This document shows positions 36,879 to 48,365 of a DNA stretch of 64,000 bases, in pieces; within the stretch, counting starts at the first letter, position 1; each line of letters starts with the position of its first letter. This stretch comes from Octopus sinensis. Lineage: Eukaryota. The translations under genes and the position numbers were made by a program. The notes under the pieces are model-generated. The model did not search any database and was not told the DNA's origin. It saw nothing but the letters and a program-made list of their open reading frames with translations. Location of the stretch: NCBI RefSeq assembly GCF_006345805.1, contig NC_043004.1:2232001-2296000 (forward strand). The letters run 5' to 3'.

Positions 36879-37267
36879 GATTGATTGATTGATTGATTCT
36901 AGTTTCAGCTCATGAGCTGTGGCCATGCTGGGGCACCGCCATTTGGTGTTGCTACATGGTTTTACTTCATGAAAGCTTTTTAGCAACTGCCATTTGGTGC
37001 ATGAGAGAGTTCGATGCAGCTGCCCTCATCTGCACCTCCTGTCGTGAAGTTGGTTCATCTGAGACACCTGACAGGAAGAGATCCAGTTTCATTTTAAAGA
37101 CATCTGCATCCACCCCATGCAGGTCTCTTAGGTTCTTCGGGAGGATATTGAAGAGCTGTGGGCCTCGGAAGCCCAGGCTGTCACAGTATCTTGTCCTACA
37201 TCTTGATGGCAAATTTGGAGTCCTAGGCACCACGCAGTGGCGCCCAGTTCTGGCATTTGTGTAACTC
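36879..37267 (-). mobile_element. CR1-type LINE 3' fragment with (AATC)n tail
   Basis: ORF 36967-37278 SLGFRGPQLFNILPKNLR...FKMKLDLFLSGVSDEP...SNSL parallels the C-terminal region of the CR1 at 2100-2300; tail (gatt)n at 36879-36898. Confidence 0.82.
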
Positions 37268-37549
37268 ATATATATCATTTTGTTTTAATTACATTTAAAA
37301 TTAAAATTTATAAATACTCAACCCGACCTAATGTAAATTATACAGCATCATCAATACCCCCACCCCACCCCCGCATGTTTTCAAACCCCTTGTTTACCAT
37401 ACGTTACATTTTATGGTATCTCTTCAGTGATGTCTCGATGAAAGATTGTAATTTAGAAGAGCAAAGAATAGAATGAAATGGGAAACCAACATTTCTTTTT
37501 CTCTCTCTTATCCACACATTGTGTCGTTTTCTTTTCTTAAAGCTTCCTG

Positions 37550-37790
37550 GTTGGCGTCGTTGGCGTCGTCGTCGTCATCATCATCATCAGCGTCGTCGTT
37601 GTCATCGTCATCGTCCTACTCCTTCTCCTCGTCCTCCTTGTTCTCCTCTTCTTCTTCTTCCTCATCACCTTTTCCGTCCTTCTTTTTTTCCTCATTATTA
37701 TTATTACTATTGATGTTATTGTTGTTGTTGTTGTTGCTGTCTTCTTCTTCCAATTATTATTATTATTATTATTGTTGTTGTTCAGGTTAC
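37550..37790. repeat. (GTC)/(ATC)/(TCC)/(CTT)/(ATT)/(GTT) trinucleotide mosaic
   Basis: Direct reading. Confidence 0.9.
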
Positions 37791-37877
37791 TACTTGTAAT
37801 CGAACTCTGAATCTTGGGGTTAGTAATCCGCGCTCTTAACCACTATGCCATATGCCCGTGGGCATATGGCATAGTGG
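37780..37877 (-). mobile_element. tRNA-like SINE head with an 18-bp inverted duplication of its 5' end
   Basis: Minus strand ggcatatggcatagtggttaagagcgcgg...gagttcgatt (A/B-box-like); palindrome arms 37840-37857 and 37860-37877. Confidence 0.65.
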
Positions 37878-38330
37878 ATATTCTATTATTTTGTCGAATA
37901 TCTAATATTCGAATATCTATAAAAATAATCGAATATCTAATATTCGATTATTTAGTTTGAGAGAAAAAAGAAAGAAAAGAAATATGGTCTTCAGTACCTT
38001 CCGAAGGACAAAAGCCGCCCGAGTAATGTTTAAGGCCCAGCAATGGCTTGGCTTCACCCAAATTTTACTGTCTCTTTAAATTGCCAGGAAATGTTGATTG
38101 ATGCAAACAATGGCAGTGTCGGGAAAAGGGAAAGTCAAGTATCACTTATATGTTTTTATGCCCCGTCAAAAGTGTGCCGCAAATGCTCGTCCTCTCTGCT
38201 TTCAATTGTCTATAATTGTCTCAAATTATAGTATTTAGCAGTTTATGTTGCAATAATATTCACCGTATGTAAGGCTTCTAGAGCATAAAATATCATGAGA
38301 AGTTGTCATTCGATATATCCATGTTATAAT

Positions 38331-38724
38331 GGTTTCAAATTTTGTCACATGGGCAGCCATTTTGGGGGAGAGGATGAGTCGATTACATCGACCCAGTGTT
38401 CAACTGGTACTTATTTTATCGACCCCCGAAAGGATGAAAAGCAAAGTCGATTTCGGCGGAATTTGAACTCAAAACCTTTCGTCCAGCTTGCAAACGATTC
38501 TGCCAGCTCACCACCTTTATCCATGTAATATCCTTTCTACTATAGGCACAAGGCCTGAAATTTGAGGGAAGGGATAATAGTACTTAATTAATCGATTAAT
38601 CAACCCCGAAAAGATGAAAAGCAAAGGCGATCTCGGTGAAATTTGAACTTAGAACATAGCGACGGGAGAAATACCGCTAAACATTTCGTCCAGCGTGCTA
38701 ACGATTCTGCCAGCTCGCCGCCTT
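38331..38724 (-). mobile_element. Two stacked SINE B alpha-tail copies sharing one target site
   Basis: tatccatgttataat at 38316-38330 and 38725-38739; partial tatccatgt at 38518-38526 between the copies. Confidence 0.88.
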
Positions 38725-40233
38725 TATCCATGTTATAATACAAACATTAATAGCAAACAAAGCTATTAACTTGTCATCCCTAAGGACGAAAACTTTCCTC
38801 AAAATAAAATGAGAGCAGGCGTATTTCCCTGCAAAAGACTTACATAGACTGACTCTTTGACGGAACAATTCTCTAATAATAATTATAAACTCACAAAGCA
38901 ACTACATATAAAGAAAATAGCTTGGAAAGGTTGATATTATTAATGTCATCAAAATAGCGGGTTATATAACTAAAGTTGCTGATGTAAAAGCAAAGGTGAT
39001 TTGGTATTTGTAAACCACAGACTGCGAGTTATCGACTTCTCATGCCTCAATGTTGAGTAAAAGAAAAATAAAAGAAGGCAAAACAGAACACAACGCAGGA
39101 ATCAGTCGTTCGTGTCTTCCATGTTGTTGAAGGCAAATATCTCTTTTTCCAATCATCTCCACTGAACCGAAACCACTAATTGTAACAACAACATTAACAG
39201 CAAATTTGTCGCCATAAAAACAGTGCTAAATTCTTTCTTTCCTGTCATTAAATGGCAGCAAATACTCCAATTGTAGAACAGGCAATTCTGCTCACCAACA
39301 CCACCACAACCACCACCACAGCCACAACATGTCACACTATCTCCATGCCCAGCTTCGACTATTTGCTAATCTCCAGCTACACCCTCCCCCACCGACCTCG
39401 CCGCCAACATGCGCACTCCTCTACCGTGACTGTCTGCCGTGAGGCTCGCGCGCAAAACTACTCTCAGCGCTCATATCAACAAACTATTGCAGCGCCATCA
39501 CCACCACCGCCACCACCGCCACCGCCACCACCACAGCTAATAAGGCGAAGAATCGTCCCGAGGGTATGTGTTATTCGGAACACACGCACTCCGATAGGTC
39601 ACTTATCAAATTGACTTGATTAGCTGGTAAATTAATTCAGTAATTCGCGAAAATAAATAATTTCATCAAATGGTATTCCATTAAGCGGTACGCTAAATAC
39701 TTTGCTGAAGAGAAGATAACCACCACCACCACCACCACCACCACCTCCACAACACCACCACCACTGCCATCACCACCAGCATTTATCCTCCCAGTAGCTC
39801 AGTTCCCCTTTTTCTCTCCTTCCCTCTCTCTCTTTCTAAATGTTTCTCTTCTTCTTCCTCACGTATATATTATCTCCCTCCTCCCCTCACCGCTCAATTT
39901 AATCAATACTTTCTCCCTCCAAGCCACACTTAACATTTCAGCAATCAGCTGTTATTATAACTTGCTCCTTCTTCTTACTCATCTCAACTCCTTTTTTTCC
40001 CCTAACTAAATACTCATCAACGTCTTAACTAGATTTCTACTTTTAGGCTCTCATAATTTTCAGCAATTATTTTCATCTTTCATTTACTAATTTCTTATCC
40101 TCCTCTTCCTCCTCCTCCTCCTCCTCCTTCTCTTCCACTTCCTCCTCTTCTTCTCTTGCTTTGCTCTCCCCATCATCAGCATTTCTATGTAACTTTATTA
40201 TTATCATTATTATTATTATCATTATTATTATTA

Positions 40234-40290
<57 letters not shown>

Positions 40291-40295
40291 TGTTG

Positions 40296-40349
<54 letters not shown>

Positions 40350-40371
40350 TATTATTATTATTATCATTATT

Positions 40372-40755
40372 ATCAATGCCTTTGCACAGCTACTAACGCT
40401 GGAGATGTATTACAGTATCAGCTGTTCATTACTAGTGAGCAAAAGTAACACCCCTTATTTTTCGAGCACCTTCCGGAGTATTCGAGCGGTTCCAAGCAGT
40501 GCTGTTTTCTGCAAGTGGTCCACCCTTATTGCTGCCCCTATTTGTTCCATGTACTTCTTAAGATTTTTACTCCCTGTTCCCAGGGCTCCGGTAATTATTG
40601 GTACTACTACCACCTTTTTCATCGACCACAACTGTTTAAATTCCCAAGCTAACCTGTCATATCTATCAACTTTTCTTTCTTCCTTATCGCATACCTTGTT
40701 GTCAGCTGGGCATGTTATATCTATGATCCAACACAGTTTGCTTTCTTTCTCAATT
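40372..40755 (-). mobile_element. R4/Dong-like LINE 3' fragment (RLE domain end + 3' UTR) within (TAA)n
   Basis: Minus translation EKESKLCWIIDITCPADNKVCDKEERKVDRY...VVVVPIITGALG...LQKTALLGTARILRKVLEK*, stop at 40455-40457. Confidence 0.85.
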
Positions 40756-40766
40756 ATTATTATTAT

Positions 40767-40833
<67 letters not shown>

Positions 40834-40834
40834 T

Positions 40835-40884
<50 letters not shown>

Positions 40885-40885
<1 letters not shown>

Positions 40886-40968
40886 ATTGTCTACACATCT
40901 TCTAACGCTGGAGATGTACTACGGTGCCAACAGTTCACTACCAGTGAACTAAGGTAACGCTCCTCATC
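40885..40968 (-). mobile_element. Second, very short 3'-UTR copy of the same RLE-LINE family
   Basis: ctaacgctggagatgta(c/t)tac...gttca(c/t)tac(c/t)agtga...gtaac matches 40394-40455. Confidence 0.75.
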
Positions 40969-41022
40969 CTTTTTCTTCTTCTTCTTCTTCTTCTTCTTCT
41001 TCTTCTTTTTCTTCTTCTTCTT

Positions 41023-41053
<31 letters not shown>

Positions 41054-41111
41054 TTATTATTATTATTATTATTATTATATTATTATTAATATTATTATTA
41101 TTATTATTATT

Positions 41112-41420
41112 GGGCGGTGAGTTGGCAGAAACGGTAGCACACCGAACATATTGCTTGGCAGCATTTCGACCGTCTTTACGTTCTGAGATCAAATTTCGCT
41201 GGGGTCGATTGATTATACCTTTCATTCTTTCGAGGTCGATAAAATAGGTACTAGTTGAGCACTGAGGTTGATGCAATCGTCTTACACCTTCCCCCGAAAT
41301 TACTGGCTTTGTGCCCAAATTTGAAACCAGTTAAGTATTGGAGTTCATGTAATCCACTTCTCCTTCCCTTCAGAAACTACGTGGCCCTTCCTCTCAAATT
41401 TCAGACCTTGTGCCTATAAC
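41112..41420 (+). mobile_element. SINE B alpha-tail copy after (ATT)n plus an extra 3' fragment
   Basis: gggcggtgagttggcagaaacg...gtgcccaaatttgaaacc; second tail aaatttcagaccttgtgcct. Confidence 0.78.
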
Positions 41421-41779
41421 CGAAAAGTTCATCGTTATCATGTTTACCATCATCATCTCCGTCGTCATCGTCATCGTCGTCGTCGCCATCATTTCTCTGT
41501 TACCAAAGACTCTTACAATTTACATTGAGATGACAAAATTAAGGGAAGCCAGAAAGACGAGTTTTGGCCAATCCCTACAACAGTGACAAACCAATTTACA
41601 CATTTCTGTTCATCTTCAGTCATTAGCTATCAACATTTCTTCTGCCTTCAAAATTTGACTTCTTGTTTCTCTTATCCCCTTGCTTATACCAACTTCCGCC
41701 ACTCTCCACTGCCTGCATTCATTTCTCTACAAATCATTCTCTCTCCCTCTTTCATTACCTATCATCTGTGTATTTCATC

Positions 41780-42388
41780 CAAAACACTCTCTCGCTCTCT
41801 CTTTCCCCCCTCTCTCTCTCTCCTTATCTATAATGCCTGTCTTTTGTTCTCTTTCTAATATTTACTCCAGTATTTATAACTATGCTTCTCAACATTCCTC
41901 CATAATCCCCCATGTCCATCTTATGTTATTCTCTCTCGATATTTACCCCGTTTTCAATCTCTATTCCCCATTTCACTCTTTCCAACGCACGTCTTTCTCT
42001 TAAATTTCTCATTTTCTTTCCTCTGTGTTTCGCTCTCATTTTTTCCTTCACAATCTCCCTTCTTTTTTTCCTACATTGCCATCGTTTGTTAACCAACTTC
42101 TCTCTGTCTCTCCCTCTCCCTCTTACTCTCTCTCTCTCTCTTTCTCTCTCCGCATCCTCTCTTCCTCTCACCATCAGTATCACCGCTGGTCTGAGATTCC
42201 AAAACGAACCAAAGGTTAAACGCAAACAAATTCTCTTTCGATGTTATTAAAACATTCAAGGCTTTTGGCGGGCAAAAATATTATTATTGATTTTACGCAA
42301 TATTTTTAGCTTTGTTTCGCTGGCATTTATATTTTCTAATTACCAGAACCGACATGTTTACTTTTTGCTTCTCTGGATTACATCCCCC

Positions 42389-42451
<63 letters not shown>

Positions 42452-43230
42452 TTCCTTTCTTTCTCTCTCTCACTTTCCCGCCGTCCACTCTCTCTTTCTC
42501 TTTCTTTCCTTTCTCTCTCTCACTTTCTCTCCGCCCCCTCGCTCTTTCCCTCTCTCTCTCTTTCTGTTTCTCTTTCTTTCTCTTTGCCTCTCTCTCTCTT
42601 TCTTTCTCTTTCTCTCTCTCTCTCTGTCTTTGTCTTTACCTCTCACTCTCTCTTCTTTTCCTCCACCTCTCCGCTATCTATTTCTGTCTTGCCCATCTCT
42701 GCCTAACTCAATGCCTTTTCCAAATTAAGATTTCCCGGTAATTCCATTGCCTCCTTTTCTTTCTTTCTTCCTTTACCTCTTTCCTTCTTTCTTCCTATCT
42801 TTCCTTTTTCTCACCCCAATTCTCGGCCCCCCTCTCTAACACACACATACTTATAAATAAACACACTCACTTAAACATTCATAAGAGCTGCAGTCATCAA
42901 GTTTCTACCTCTTTACCACGTTTATACATTTAGTTCTATCTCATCACTTAATTATCTCACCTTCTCTATCTTCCCCCCTCTCTCCTTCTCTATTTTCCCT
43001 CCCCTCTCTCTCTCTCTCTCTTTCTCTCCCAGAAACTCTCTTCCTCGTCCTCTCTCTCTTTTTTTGTATCTTCACCTCCAAGGCATTGGCAACATATCTC
43101 TCTCTGTTCATTTTATTAAGGTCTCCGCAAACACTCTCTCAGCTTTAACTACGCATTTCTTCTGCCTTTCGCTCTCTCTCTTTCTCACTTGTTTCTTTTG
43201 CCTTTAAGATTTCAGTAACATTTCTCTCAC
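41780..43230. repeat. Extended pyrimidine-rich (CT)n-type low-complexity tract
   Basis: Direct reading; the plus strand is strongly C/T-biased. Confidence 0.85.
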
Positions 43231-43529
43231 TCTCTCATTCACCCACTGACTCGCAATCACACACACACACACACCACACACACAACATTATCTAGCACCA
43301 GCTTGTCGTATATTTTTATAATTTTTATTTTATCGTCTTAATGATGCCAAACCCTGGCAAGCTGTGGCGATATTCTTCACTTGCGGCTGGAAAAAAAAAA
43401 CCATCAAAATACAAAGAAAGAAAAAAAAACAGACAAGACAAGAAATAAAGAAAAAATTAGACATTGAACATTTCTCAAAACATAACTGTCTAAATTTCAG
43501 GCGATTAAAATGTTTTTAATAGATATAGT

Positions 43530-43542
43530 ACGTAATATATAT

Positions 43543-43611
<69 letters not shown>

Positions 43612-43634
43612 TATATATACACATACATATATAC

Positions 43635-43665
<31 letters not shown>

Positions 43666-43865
43666 ACATACATATATACATATATATAAATATATATATA
43701 TATATATAATATAATATATATAATATAATATATATATATATATATTTATATATGAATATTGTATATGTATATATATATATGTGTGTTGTGGATAAATATA
43801 TATATATATAAGCACATACATACACACATATATATGATATATATATATATATTGTTATATATGTA

Positions 43866-43896
<31 letters not shown>

Positions 43897-43934
43897 GTGT
43901 AGGTGTATATATATATATGTATATTTATGCATAT

Positions 43935-43982
<48 letters not shown>

Positions 43983-44010
43983 ATACGTATCTATACACAC
44001 ACACACATTT
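43530..44010. repeat. (TA)n microsatellite
   Basis: Direct reading. Confidence 0.96.
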
Positions 44011-44749
44011 AATGTTAGAAACAATTAAGTTCAACTTTGATCTTTTTTATTACGGATTTTTATATTTTATATAACGGTAAATCTTGTTAGATTTCATCAT
44101 ATATTGGTTTACATGTGGTTTATCTTTGTACTTCTGCTTATCGTGTGTGTATATACGTATGTATGTATGTATGTGTCTGCTTCTCTATGTGTGTTTCTGT
44201 ATATCAATTGTATTACGGTCAGTGTTTATATATACATACATACCCAAGTACATAAACACACACACACACACACGCACAGGCATATATCCAATATATATGC
44301 ACATAAATATGTGTCTGTGCGCGCACGTGTTTCTCTGTCTGTTTGTGCGTGTGCGCGCACGTTGTGTATGTGTGTGTACGAGTGTGTGTGTGTGTGTGTG
44401 TGTGTGTATCTGTCCGTGTTCAAATATATGTATTGTTTTCTTCTCACTACTTTTTGTATGATATACATATACATGCTTTCACAGAAATATACGCAAAATA
44501 GTATATTATCCGAAAAAGAAGAACTTAGTAAAAATATAATAACAGTTACAGTTTAAGTTGACAGGTGAAGAATGAGGATTTTCCAAATAAATGCCTTTTG
44601 TATACAGAACGCTTAATGAAAGGGCGGAAGATGTACCACTTTTAGTGACCAAAAAGTTAGTAATTTGTTATAATTAAAGCTGTAATATTTTACATTATAA
44701 TGGAAACAAATCTAGAGTCCGCCAAAATTTTAAAATAAATGATTACATG

Positions 44750-44820
<71 letters not shown>

Positions 44821-44861
44821 ATCTATCTATCTATCTATCTATCTATCCATCTATCTATCTA

Positions 44862-44894
<33 letters not shown>

Positions 44895-45082
44895 GCATGC
44901 ACGTATATATTTATGTATGTATAACTTTTCTTTGAGTTTGATTGAAGTTTTTTAGTGACTTCAAACCGGTTGTTAAGAAAGCAACAAGACTTTTTGAGTT
45001 AAGAGACATATGTATGTACGTACGTATGTATGTATTTATATATGAATATATGTATGTATGTACGTATGTATGAACGTATGTC

Positions 45083-45223
45083 ATTGTTAAGTTTTATTTC
45101 AAGATTTCTTGCCAACAGAGAAAGAGCCGGTTTCTTACCTAGATTCAAAGTTCCTTATTGGAATTTCAGCATCAACAACAGGGTATTTTTGTTTGTTTGT
45201 ATGTATGTATGTATGTATGTATG

Positions 45224-45255
<32 letters not shown>

Positions 45256-45750
45256 TGCAGATGTGTATGTTTTCTCATACATGTATTCTCATGCATATAG
45301 CTGATTATCAAGACATGTTCATAGATATTTTAAATGATAAACTTCTGGAAAGTTATACATATTTTACAGTTTCAGTGATGGATTGGATTTGTCGTCTTCG
45401 AATTAGCTTTCTCCTTTCTGGTTTTGAGAAACCTAATTTCTCAAGATTGGTATCTAGGCAGTGTGTTACATATCCCAGGGTATAAACCTGAACTTGTAAT
45501 CTGTATAGAGTAACTGCAGATTTCTCAATAGTTAAACCTAGGTGTTTTCTTCTTCACTGATCTTCAGTTTTATATTAACATCCGCAGTGTAGCTAATTTC
45601 CACAACTGTACACAGTTACTCTTCCCTATTCCAAATCATTTTATCAGGTCTGTTATGCTTACGTTTTATTGAGGTCTTCACTAGTACATTCCACCAGTAT
45701 TCCTTTTCATTATGAGTGGCTATGGCTTTTACGATATTATGGGTTCTTAT
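45083..45750 (-). mobile_element. Decayed RLE-type non-LTR retrotransposon 3' fragment embedded in (TACA)n
   Basis: Minus translation EYWWNVLVKTSIKRKHNRPDKMIWNREE*LCTVVEISYTADVNIKLKISE...LLRNLQLLY.DYKFRFI/LGYVTHCLDTNLEKLGFSKPERRKLIRR.QIQSITETVK/TFQKFII* (stop 45330-45332): a PD-(D/E)xK-type C-terminus. Confidence 0.75.
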
Positions 45751-45839
45751 TTGTATGTATGTATGTATGTATGTATGTATGAATGAATGTATGTATGTAT
45801 GTATGTATGTATGTATGTATGTATGTATGTATGTATTTA

Positions 45840-46135
45840 GTGAATGTGTATGGCCTTATGGTTAAGGTATTTGGTCCACGGTCGTAAGGCTGTTAGTTCG
45901 ATACCCGGTTGTGCATTATGCCCATTATTTCACGTTGCTCCGGTCCAATCAGTTGGCACAGACGAGTTGCACCTGAACGGACAAAGGGGCAATCCTTGTC
46001 GCATTCTGTGTCACGCTGAATCTCGCTTGGTGAAGAGTAGGCGTGTCTGTGCAGTACTCTCTCACTTGCACGTTAGTTTCACATGCAAGGATCAACAAGA
46101 ACAGCCGTTGTTGCAACCGACGGAATGCAAAGGGA
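45840..46135 (+). mobile_element. SINE family E, diverged
   Basis: tggccttatggttaagg...agttcgatacc...tttcacgttgctccggtcca...caaccgacgga. Confidence 0.72.
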
Positions 46136-46214
46136 CGAATGTATAAATGTGTATGTATATGTGTGTGCGTTTATTTGTATGTACACGCACACACATACAG
46201 ATATATATATATAT

Positions 46215-46480
46215 ATATAAATATATACCAAAATAAGCACGTAATTGTGAAACAAGGTGGGACAAATAATACTCGAATACCGTAGGTCGAGTAATAGGTT
46301 TTATTGATAAAACTGCAAAGACATAACAAAAAAAAAACTGTTACTCCGAGTTTCACGTTCTCGTTCGTCGGGCAGATATTCTTTAGCATTATATGTCTGT
46401 AAAGGGACTTTTGGAGCTCGAAAATCCGCAGCTTCAGGCATTTAAAAATTAGCTTAAATGATTTCGGTGGCATTTATAAT
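46215..46480 (-). mobile_element. Possible Penelope-derived short element with weak hammerhead-like motif (46338-46375)
   Basis: Minus strand ctgcCCGACGAacgagaacgtGAAActcggagTAacag; next to (TA)n. Confidence 0.3.
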
Positions 46481-46590
46481 ATTTACGTCACAGAGCTGAT
46501 TCTATTGCGTATTTTTAATATATCTACATATATATACACATATGCATACATATACGAACACACACAGAGACATGCATTCGTATACACACA

Positions 46591-46640
<50 letters not shown>

Positions 46641-47379
46641 AACACACACACATAGTTATATGTATATTTATCAATACAGGAGATTGGGAAAATGTTCGGA
46701 ATCATTTATTTACCATTTCTCGCGTTCCATTTGCTTATAGCAGTTAGAAAATTGTACATGTAAGAGAAACATATCAGATACCTCCAACTAGAAATTCTTC
46801 GGTGCGTGTGTGTATATATATATATATATTAATACTTAGCAGAAGTAAGAGTGTGACTCAAAGGCCTAGAGTTTCGTACATTAGCACTTATCAAACAAGT
46901 TACAGGTCGCAGGTTAGTAAATTCATCTACTTGATGATAATAGTACTTCCGAAACAAATATTTCCGAAACAAATTATAAAATCAATTACAATATTTTTTG
47001 TTTCGTTGTTTTTCTCAATAAGTAAATACATATCCGTTTTTCCCTTCTTTTAGCATTTTCTTACTTATATACTGAACAGAACGTCTTTCCAGCTGGCGAA
47101 ATAGTCAGATTGCCTTAATCCAGACAATTAAGTATCGAGACATTCATTTTCCAAATGTTATGACTCGATACTTAGATAAAAGTCAAAATTTATGATATCC
47201 TTGTCACCTTCATCTTCACAATATATAGTTACACCCTTAATGAATTAATGATTGTCTTAATCAACATTGTTAACAAATTACTGCATATATTATATAAATA
47301 AGTGTTTTTCTACAATTGTAAGACTTCAGATAGATCAGGACTGCTGCATATATCTTCCTTATTTGATAATATGGATATT

Positions 47380-48365
47380 CTTTTCTACTCTAGGCACAAG
47401 GCCCGAAATTTTGGGGGAGGGGTCCAGTCGATTTGATCAACCCCAGTGCGCAACTGGTAATTAATTTATCGACCCCGAAATGATGAAAGGCAAAGTCGAT
47501 CTCGGCGGAATTTGAACTCAGAACATAAAAACATACGAAATACGTATTTCCTTACTACCTACAAGGGGATAAACACAGAGGGGACAAACAAGGACAGGCA
47601 ATCGGATTAAGTCGATTACATCGACCCCAGTGCGTAACTGGTACTTAATTTATCGACCCCGAAAGGATGAAAGGCAAAGTCGACCTCTGCGGAATTTCAA
47701 ACTCAGAACGTAATTGCAGACGAAATACCCATTTCTTTACTACCTACAAGGGGCTAAACACAGAGGGGACAAACAAGGACAGACAAACGGATTAAGTCGA
47801 TTACATCGACTCCAGTGCGTAAGTGGTACTTAATTTATCGACCCCGAAAGGATGAAAGGCAAAGTTGACCTCTGCGGAATTTGAACTCAGAACGTAATTG
47901 CAGACGAAATACCTATTTCTTTACTACCTACAAGAGACTAAACACAGAGGGGACAAACAAGGACAGACAAACGGATTAAGTCGATTACATCGACCCCAGT
48001 GCGTAACTGGTACTTAATTATCGACATCGAAAGGGACGAATGTATAAGGATGAAAGTCGACCTTGGCGGAATTTGAACTCAGAACGTAACGGCAGACGAA
48101 ATACCGCGAAGCATTTCGCCTGGTGTGATAACGTTTCTACCAACTCGCCGCCTTAGAATCTCTATGAATATTCTTTTCTACGCTAGGCACAAGGTCCGAA
48201 AGATTTAGGGAGGGGGCCAGTCGATTAGATCAATCACAGTACCCAACTGGTACTTATTTATCGACCCCAAAAGGATGAAAGGCAAAGTCGACCTCGGCGG
48301 AATCTGAACTGAGAACGTAAAGACAAACGAATTACCGCTAAGCATTTCGCCCGCTCGCCGCCTTC
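47380..48365 (-). mobile_element. Five-unit SINE B array (two alpha-tail copies, three beta-tail units of about 185 bp) bounded by a 14-bp TSD
   Basis: ataatatggatatt at 47366-47379 and 48366-48379; beta units start at 47544, 47729 and 47913. Confidence 0.92.

Larger units (their letters stand above)
40190..41110. repeat. Large (ATT)/(GTT)/(ACT)/(GCT)/(CTT) trinucleotide complex hosting two RLE-LINE fragments
   Basis: Direct reading. Confidence 0.92.

Noticed and set aside
47380-48365. Regularly spaced repeats suggesting a CRISPR array
   Set aside because: Units are whole SINE bodies with no variable spacers; no cas genes; eukaryotic context.
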